NCBI RefSeq assembly: GCF_018977255.1
Contig: NW_024704748.1
Span: forward strand, 25,978,001 to 26,042,000
Origin: Callorhinchus milii
Taxonomy: Eukaryota
Reading direction: 5' to 3'
Length of the DNA stretch: 64,000 nucleotides
Shown: positions 55,601-64,000 of the stretch, one piece after another
Layout: every line of letters begins with the position of its first letter
Numbering within the stretch: the stretch's first letter is position 1
Made by a program: the position numbers and the translations under genes
The notes under the pieces: generated by a model
What the model was told of the DNA's origin: nothing
What the model saw: only the letters and a program-made list of their open reading frames with translations
The model's database searches: none

Positions 55601-58600
55601 CAGCTGATCAGGCGAGACCATGACCAAGATATGTATACCGACTCACCAACAAGTAATACCAGGGCTACAATTCCACACAGATCAACTCTCTGATCGTTGG
55701 ATTTCAGTGCGCACAGAATTTGGCAAATTCTGAAATGCAACCTTAATTTTGTGGCCAGGTCTCTGTAAGTTCTTTTACTTCATTGCAACAAATAACAAAA
55801 AAAAATGTGCCTTGTGAAACTGAGGATAGGCTGCACCCACATTGCTATTGAATCATACTTTAATCACTAACACATATCCGTTCCACATATCAGTTTGATT
55901 AGATCTTATCACATACTACAAAATCTGCTATTTGTGCAACACGCCCATTCCATCATCGTTTCTGTTTAATTGCAGCCTTCAAGATTACAACATGTCAGGA
56001 ATAGAAGTTCCAGCTGGTTCTAAATTTACTCTATTAACATAACATTTCAGAGTGTGCAGAATCTGGCTTATTGTTGTGTTCAGTTTGAGCCTTGAAGTTG
56101 GCTTTCTGTAGTTCTTCTGTCAAATGCAAAGAGTGTTACTTATTGATTGATGGCTTTGGTGGAAATAATAGGGGATTATGTACTTGTCCAACAGTGAGTG
56201 TTTATCAGATTCCTGGCTGTGTGAATCTGGCAAGTTCTTATCCCCCAACCTAACTGAAAGGACATTAGCTCTCATTAACATGGGGGAATGCGACTCAATG
56301 AAATACCTACTTGTGGAGCTGCTTTTGCAAAGCTCATTGTGAAATCCACAATTGGGTCTGTCTTTAAAAGGAGTGCCAGCTGGCCACGATATGTGAGCAA
56401 ATTGACCTGTGGACCTGCAACAACAAAAAATTATTATTGTTTAAAAATGACAATAAGTACTCGGACCTCTATGGCTCATTCTATACACCTGACTTCACCT
56501 ACGCTGCTTTGCGGCAACAAATCATTGTCCTGTACATCATGTATTCGTGTTTGAAAAGTATGGAAACTATGATCTGAGCAGGTCAGCTGAGGAGATCCAT
56601 TGGCTGATGGTATCAGTTTTGGTTCAGTGGGAAAGAATATAACAGTTACAATATTCTTCAATAGGTTTCAAGACTGAACAACACACAGCAATGCTCCACA
56701 TTGGTTGTTGCTCTTCTGTGCTTTTTGCTATTCTTCAAACAAAGAATATGTTATTTGAAGCCCTACCCGTTAGGGTTTTGGTTTGCAGGGTACAAGGGGC
56801 TGAGTGGGATGATCTCTGCCCCCAGTGACTTAGACTGAACAACCTACCTTACTGATTGATTGTAGCTGTTGTAATAAAGCACAGGAACAAATTTTGTCTC
56901 GTTTCCGTCCTGCTGCAGGTCGTATACAGAATAATCCATAGACCTTTCTCCAGAATTATCAATATCCACCAGACCAATTGCACCTGATAAAATAGGAAGG
57001 CTTGAGTTATTGCTCTGAACTCCTTTTGGAATCTATATTGCTGCAAAAGAGGAATGTTCTTTTCATATACACGTTAACTATATACCTCAAACAACACTCT
57101 TAGACATAAGAGAATGTTCAATTCTCTAATCTTCTCAATTTTGTATAGTCTGATGAGATTTTGTGTACTCTGCTATTTTGCAATTGGAGAATTGGAGCAT
57201 TTCTCATCTTACCATAAAATTGGGTTCTATTGTAACCTTTCAAGCTCTTAATAAGAGCTCTTCCGTCCCGAGGGTTCTTTCCTGCCATTATCATTTTGTG
57301 CGCAGTAATGGCGTACAGCATCACTGCATCATGAAGATAAATTGAATAATCGCTCACCTGCAATACACCACAGAACCCTCAGGTTAAAGTCACGCAGGAA
57401 GTCACACAGAACACCGTCTCTTTCACTGTCCACTATCTTTTCTCTTTTCTTCCTCCAAATTGGCTGAACACTAAACCTAATTTGCATGATTTTTATCCAG
57501 GGCTCTGCTACTCAAAAGTTTGAGCTCCACCCTTTGGAACTCCATTCCACAGTCCTTTCGCCTCACTCCCTCCATTGCTTCTTTCAAGGCATGTCTCAAG
57601 ACCCTTCTCTTCGACCTCACCTTCGGTCACCCTCCTGTGGAGTCCTGTAGCTCAGTGGTTAGAGCACTCGCTTTGCAAGTGAGAGACCTGAGTTCAATTC
57701 CCGGCAGGTCAGGGCGAAACCTTGGGCAAGTTTCCTTACTCCACACAGAGCCTAATAATAATCCCTCCAAAACCAAAAACAATAATAAATTGGTCATTTT
57801 CAATCTACGACTGTTTGTGGGACATTGCTGTGCGCAATTGGCTGCCGCGTTCGCCCACAAATATACAGTCAATTCACTTTACAGTGTGTTCTGTGAAGCG
57901 CTTTGGGACGTCCTCCTGACGTGAAAAGCGCAATATCAAATGCAAGGATTATTATTATTATTATTATTACCCCTACCCTCCCTGCCCTCCACCCTCCCTG
58001 ATCTCAATCCCCTGCTCGGGTCCTAATCCCTGATAGTTCAGTGCCTTGGGATGTCCTCACAACACGAAAGGTGTTATACAAACATAATTTGTAGTTGTTG
58101 TTGCTGCACATCTTTCTAGGTAATGCTTCCCTCATTCTTGTCCTGGAAAAATTCATGACCATATTTTACCCTATTGCTTATTGCCTCATTTTGTGCAAAT
58201 TATTTTCTTCCAATGAGTTTTATTCCAGTAAAAGTGAATTAATTCTGATGATTTCTCTTTTAACAAAAAATACAACAGAATAATTCTGGTTTAACATGGT
58301 AAAATAACTCATCTCTGCCTTGCATTTTGATAATCCTTGCATTTGATATAGGGCCTTGTCATGTCTTCGAGCCGTCTCAAAGCGCATCACAGAAAATAGT
58401 GTAAAGGGAATTGACTGTGTATTTCGGGGAGCAATTTTTTTTATTATTTTGAAAGGATTATTACTCCCGGAAAAGCGATCCGCCCATTGACTAACAATCG
58501 GGTTCCTACTTACTGCTTGGTAAATAGAGGTGTGGGGCGTAAGGAAAGTTATCCAATGTTTCTTAAACATAGATAAGCTGCAATAGCAAACCTCTTTCTC

Positions 58601-60953
58601 TGAAGTCAGATGACTGTAGAAGGGCGGTCCTTTCAATCGCTGATAAACCTTTTGTACAAAGTCTTGGTAATTGCGTCCCCTGTTGACAGGCAGCCCAATC
58701 AGAAACGTTGATTCATACGCATTCAAGTGACTTGTATCCGTCCCAACCTTCAAACAGATTTTCCAAATGTTATCCTGTGGGGAAAACTGAAACTTTGGAG
58801 CTAAAATATGCATCGTGCACATGTATGTGAGGAGGGTGGACTATGGACTGTGAGGGTGGAATCTTGCTGATTTAAAACAAAGAAGAAATTGAGAGGAAAT
58901 CTAGGGAGACAGACAGTGGAAGCAGAAAATGTTTCAAGAACAAATGAGAAAGATTTCTACTACAAATTAATATCTCGGGGATACAGTATATAGTTGGGGA
59001 CACGACATGTCAAGTGACTGCCAGGACGGTGGAAGGCAATCTAGATGGACTTTGGTCTTCTTTCGCCCATCAATTTCTTATGTTCTTATGAACAAATCAA
59101 GTTGAGGATATCCCTGTTTCATAACTTGAAATCACTGACCCAGTCTGCATTCATATAAAGTTTTTCACGTAAAATAAACTTAAGAATTTTCCACAATTCT
59201 GCAAGTTGTTAAGTTTGAAGACATATTACAGTGGAGGGCACGGTTATAATGAATACTCACTCCCCTTTGTTGCTGACAGAGGACAAGTGTAATTAGTTGT
59301 AAAATGCTGCTTCTCAGGTCAAACTCACCACGTCATCACTGATCATAAACTGTTGCAGTATAAAGAACACATACTTTCCCCCAGTCATGCCAAGATGCTC
59401 AGCTTCCAGCATGATGGATCTTGAAGCTTGAGAAGTACAAATCAAAATGATAACTGGAAAAGCAGATGGAAGGAGCCACACAAACTCTATTACTGCATTG
59501 GTATTTTTCAAGAAGGGGCAATCATTAAACAAAATTAAAAAAGAATAATAATTTCGTCCCTTAATCCACAAATTGACTTTACAGTATATACTGTCAAAGA
59601 GCTTTTTATATGTCTCAATGATGTGATAAGGTGCTCTAAAATATGCACACCAATATTCTACTTATTATTAATGTGAGTATGCTCTGCCTGACACTTACTT
59701 CTAGCGAGACTGGCTATGTGCTTGAGATTGTCCCTGTGAAGGCTTGAGTTGCTTGTGTCGTATTTGGCTTGAGCTGTAATGATGAATTTGGCTTCGAGCT
59801 GGCTTTCGACCGCTTCCCAGAGGTCGTCCGTTTCATCCCAAATAGAGCCACTGGGAGATCCTCCGAACAAGGCTACGTATCTCCAGGCGAAAAACTCCAG
59901 CGTTTTCTCAAGGACAATGGCCATCCTCTGGATGGGGGACACCAGTATCACTTGGGTGTCATAGACAAGGTCATCACCTAATTTAGATGTCTGGCCCACA
60001 AATCCAAACATAGGGATGTTCCATTGAGAGGCCAGCAGACCTATGATCTGGAGAAGACATTTCGAGAGATGTCAGTGAACACATCCGACCAGTGAAAGAG
60101 CAAGCGTTAATTTATACAATACCATATATACAGTACAGTAGTTATACCCTTTATCTTTCCCCTTTCTACACTATNNNNNNNNNNNNNNNNNNNNNNNNNN
60201 NNNNNNNNNNNNNNNNNNNNNNNNNNNNNNNNNNNNNNNNNNNNNNNNNNNNNNNNNNNNNNNNNNNNNNNNNNNNNNNNNNNNNNNNNNNNNNNNNNNN
60301 NNNNNNNNNNNNNNNNNNNNNNNNNNNNNNNNNNNNNNNNNNNNNNNNNNNNNNNNNNNNNNNNNNNNNNNNNNNNNNNNNNNNNNNNNNNNNNNNNNNN
60401 NNNNNNNNNNNNNNNNNNNNNNNNNNNNNNNNNNNNNNNNNNNNNNNNNNNNNNNNNNNNNNNNNNNNNTACAATTATCATCATTCTTCCACGTAGTTTC
60501 AGTTGTTGGTGGTTGGCCAGGGCACTATAGGAAAAAAACACATGGGGGGTAAACAGGAATTTACGAACACACTGTACATCAGCCAAATGGGAACCTAAAG
60601 ACTTTGATTGCGCTCGAACAATCATGATCACTTACCTCTGCCACCTTGGGGCAGGCTGGTCCAAAAATAGCTGAGACATTGTCATCCTGGACCTGGCTGA
60701 TGAATGCGCTTAGCGATATCTTGGGGTCACACTGAGTATCGTCATAGACAAACCCTAGTGTGTAATTGATCAAGAGAGAGGCGTTGGAATTCACCTTTTC
60801 AATGGCGAGCTGGATGGCTGATCCCAGTCTCAAGGCACTAAAAGGGAAGGAGAAATTTCTGGGAGTCTGAAATCCCAACAAAAGCGTTGAGTTCTCAAGA
60901 CAGTCGGAGCAGGAAAAGAAAAAGGCGAGCAGCAGAATGGGTTTTGCCACCAT
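43603..60953 (-). CDS. GUCY2G: Receptor (membrane) guanylyl cyclase, GC-G/GUCY2G type, ~1092 aa, 22 coding exons
   Basis: Exons 60953-60636, 60047-59699, 59453-59329, 58774-58592, 57357-57213, 56983-56848, 56414-56311, 55589-55426, 55023-54874, 54683-54600, 53838-53734, 52895-52824, 51537-51369, 51006-50851, 49545-49368, 48022-47882, 47752-47560, 47036-46865, 46406-46308, 45689-45598, 45292-45185, 43638-43603 (3279 nt, in frame). Signal peptide; extracellular domain [18 protein letters not shown]...[21 protein letters not shown], matching the GC-G pattern; CGFHNELC; TM helix; kinase-homology domain (HGNLK, WTAPELL, GDVYSF); cyclase domain ([35 protein letters not shown]). The last small exon is less certain. 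Confidence 0.88.
44796..45132 (+). mobile_element. Full-length SINE, young short subfamily
   Basis: Near-identical to 57637-57968. Confidence 0.9.
51121..51312 (+). pseudogene. Decayed duplicate of EFCAB6-like exon 8 plus flanks, inside GUCY2G intron 13
   Basis: Matches 31730-31928 at about 92% over the exon (manual count), with a 3-nt deletion and two TGG-to-stop changes. Confidence 0.9.
55048..55380 (-). mobile_element. CR1-type LINE 3' fragment
   Basis: Starts with TAGAATAGAATCATAGAA followed by GAAGGAGGCCATTCGGCCCATCG, the reverse of a CR1 tail. A related piece lies near 62920-62990. Confidence 0.65.
57520..58105 (+). mobile_element. L2 3' fragment split by a full-length young SINE (57637-57968)
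   Basis: The L2 halves are colinear with the intact copy at 26170-26372. Confidence 0.88.
58330..58560 (-). mobile_element. SINE fragment
   Basis: Family tail and body with an internal deletion. Confidence 0.75.
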
Positions 60954-61096
60954 CGTGCAATGCTGACAGTGAAGGCACACAGCAAGTTGCGTGAGATGAA
61001 GGATGGATGGTTTTGGTATCGTTCTGTGTGTAGAATGTTGCAGTTGTGTTTGGTGGTGTACGTTGCATTAATACTCCAGCTAGCAGCGTTGTCTTA

Positions 61097-61102
61097 TTTA
61101 TA
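61097..61102 (-). promoter_or_regulatory. Candidate TATA box of GUCY2G
   Basis: TATAAATAAG on the minus strand, ~145 bp upstream of the ATG at 60953. Confidence 0.5.
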
Positions 61103-62289
61103 CCTGCTGCAACAGGTGGATGGGACCCATTAATCCTCAAGTGCCGTTGATGGGACAGGTATTGTTCTGTCTTTAATTAACACAAATCTTGGTTTCCTGA
61201 CTCTGATTAGCGATTGCGATTTAATTTGAGGTTCGGATTAAATGGCATGTATTTCAGAAGTCACACCTGGGAGACAATATTTTTTTCCCACTTGCCCTCT
61301 CCAGCATTGTGACTACTTCATGTTATTACACCCGCTACCGGTTGATTTAATAAGACTTAATGAGATGTAAGCCTGGACAAAGGAGCTATCAAAAGGCAGG
61401 AATCAGCTCATGCTGTAAGGCAAACTACCAGAACAATCCCAATAAATAATAATAGTCCTTGCATTTGCCTAATATAATGCCTTTCATGTCCGGAGGATGT
61501 CTCAAAGTGCTAAAAAGGATAAAGTTCTGATCGGAACATAATTTCAAATGCACACTCTAGCGTGCATTTTGGTAAGAAGTGTGCAAACCTCTGGGGAGAG
61601 TGTGCGCATTCCAAAAAGGAAATCAAAGCAGTATTACACTGACCAGCAATACAACACGCAACCCAGCCAGCCTCTACTAACAGTGGAATTAACCGAAGTT
61701 AGGAACAGAGATAAAGTTGGCTTGACATGTTCCAAACCGATTAGAACAATAGGCAGGTTATTAACAAGAGACGGCAGATAGATTTGAACTAAGGCGCAGT
61801 GCACATTCCGATGGACAGGGAAAGAGTGAGATTTGAAAAACTTCCATGTGAGTTGGAATAATATAAAGGATCCCATTGCCACAACCAGAAGGAACAAATG
61901 AATAGATACAGAAGGTGGATCAGGGAAAAGCAACCAAGACGTTCCTAAGACAATTCAATTGAGCTGCACCGACTTATCTTTCACTTTGTACTCAGTCTGC
62001 CAACCTAAAGGCTTGTCTTAGCCATTTTCTTATCTTTCCTAGCGGAGTCCCTAATCATAGAAGGCAGAAATCTTGAGTTTGGAGTCCACTTTTCTTGTGT
62101 GTTGGTTATTAGAACCATATGACATTTTGATGGCTGGTAACTGATTAATAGCCCACTCTCATTCAACGGTGCAAAGAACAGGTCTTAGCAAAACGTGGTA
62201 ATATCACAGGCAAAGTACAATTTAGTTAAAAAAAAGATGAACAGAAGAAACAACGCTATATTTTACAATACAATGTTCACTGATACAGC

Positions 62290-62575
62290 ACCTTGCATGA
62301 GGAGGAGGGAGGGAGGGAGGCGAGAGTGGGGGAGGGTAGTGGAGGGAGGGAGGAAGGTAGGTGAGGAAGCGAGCGAGGAAGTTGGTGGGAGGGAGGGATG
62401 GAGTTCCAGAGAGCGGGGGCAGAACGGCTGCAAGCTTGCTTGCCGTGCTGGGGCGGACCGGGCAGGGGACATGAAGCAGGCCGGAGTTCACTCAGTTTAG
62501 GAAGTGGCCAGGTCAGTGTGCGGCAAGACTATGGAGGGATTTGAATGTGAGAATAAGGATCTTGATGATAGATTA
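62290..62575 (-). mobile_element. L2 ORF2 C-terminal fragment
   Basis: Minus-strand frame resembles SGLLHVP...LWNS-type L2 sequence; degenerate. Confidence 0.55.
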
Positions 62576-64000
62576 ATTCAATCTGCTCAGGGCTGGGGAT
62601 CTAGTGGAGCATTCAATAAATTCAACATAATGCTTTTATTTTCCAAAGAGGTTCTTTTGGGGTTGAAATGTTTTTCATGAGGAATGCACAGACAAGAATC
62701 TGGCTAGGGTTTGCTCAGATCTGTGTTCCACCTAATATTTCTGCTTTTACTTGCCAAAAGGCAATGAGATTATCCTTCAATGTTGGCCTCAATTTTAACA
62801 AAGAAAAATTCGCAGATCACAGATTCAAAAAATAAATGAAAACAAGCAACCATTGAAAATTACAGCTGTGCACTCTAGAGGACGAGATCAAAGGGGCTGC
62901 TTGCATCTGTCTGACAACCGTAGAAGTTTACAGCACAGAAGAAGGCCATTTGGCCCATCGTGTTTGTGCTGGCTCTTTTGAAAGAGTGATCCAATCTGGA
63001 AACATCCAGACAGTTAATATTTACATTTGATATTGCTGCTTATCGCAAGAAATGTTTCAAAACGCTTCAGGCATTGAATCATTTTCGAAGCGTTGTGATT
63101 GTAGCTCTATAGACAAATGCAGCAACGCTAATGTGCACCAGCAAGGCCCTGCGAAACAGCAGAGGCAAGAAAAATAATGAATATCTTCTACAGTATTGCC
63201 ACTGAGTCAACAGGGACGGTGGGTGGGGAGGAAGGTGCGGGAGAGAAACTGTGCTTATGGCAACCCTTTGTTGAAAGAGTTAAAGACCAATAAAAACGAT
63301 TGAGTAATGATCGCTTGAGACTGTCATTGCAACAATCAGTATTGTTTGATTAAGCTAAACCTTTGAACCCGGTAGAAGTGTAAAGATTATCGGAGTGTAG
63401 TAACCTATGCACCAGATCTACCCAGCAAAGCAGCCAGAGTGAAATTGCACCATGGAAAAAGCAACTCCTGCAACAAGTGCAGTGTAAGCAGTGAGTAGTT
63501 GTATGTGTATGTATATATACTGTATATATAAGATCAAAGGTCAGACTTGGATTGGGTTTACTGCCCACTGTCTCCAGCAAAACAGGTAGGATCTGCAGCT
63601 TCTTTCATTGCGTTCTGTTATTATAAGAATATATCAATTATTTATGACTTTTTGCTGTTATTAATTTAGTGGGTGATCTATATTCAAAAAAGGTTTTTTT
63701 AAAAAATGATGTGAAAGTTGTCTTGCATTTATTACGATAAAAATATCGGGAAAATCTGTTGCTTTGCTTCACCATTGATAAATCTATGATTATCCAATGC
63801 ACATTTACTGTATAAACATTGCACGGTATTGTGTTCACCAGATTGTTCACCACAACACTGGGAGAAACTACCTTTTCTTTGTGAATATTGGCATGAGATT
63901 GTTAACATTCACTTGAATAGGTGTTTACTATAAAACTGTCTCCTTCACAAATAACTTACAAGAATGTCACCACTCGCACAGTGTTAACTTTAGTTGGTAA

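Overview
Vertebrate nuclear DNA with four assembly gaps (570-970, 1501-1646, 14715-15184, 60175-60469). The compact introns and the dense tRNA-derived SINE, L2 and CR1 remnants suggest a cartilaginous fish such as a chimaera/elephant shark; this is an inference. Four intact spliced genes were reconstructed by hand using GT-AG sites and phase consistency. They are LSM1 (-, 4 exons, 133 aa), PRDX3 (+, 7 exons, 253 aa, head-to-head with LSM1 across 410 bp), a ~877-aa multi-EF-hand EFCAB6-like gene (+, 18 exons, RFX X-box upstream), and a GUCY2G-type receptor guanylyl cyclase (-, 22 exons, ~1092 aa). A CpG-island promoter of an unidentified gene lies near 1.6-2.3 kb. Notable observations: a decayed copy of an EFCAB6-like exon inside a GUCY2G intron; a SINE with one-directional AT-to-GC substitutions; a CCAAT+GC-box tandem repeat in the bidirectional promoter; an LSM1-PRDX3 linkage not seen in human; a SINE insertion into an L2 with no target-site duplication; and a short templated insertion. 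I found no convincing wholly new multi-gene system.
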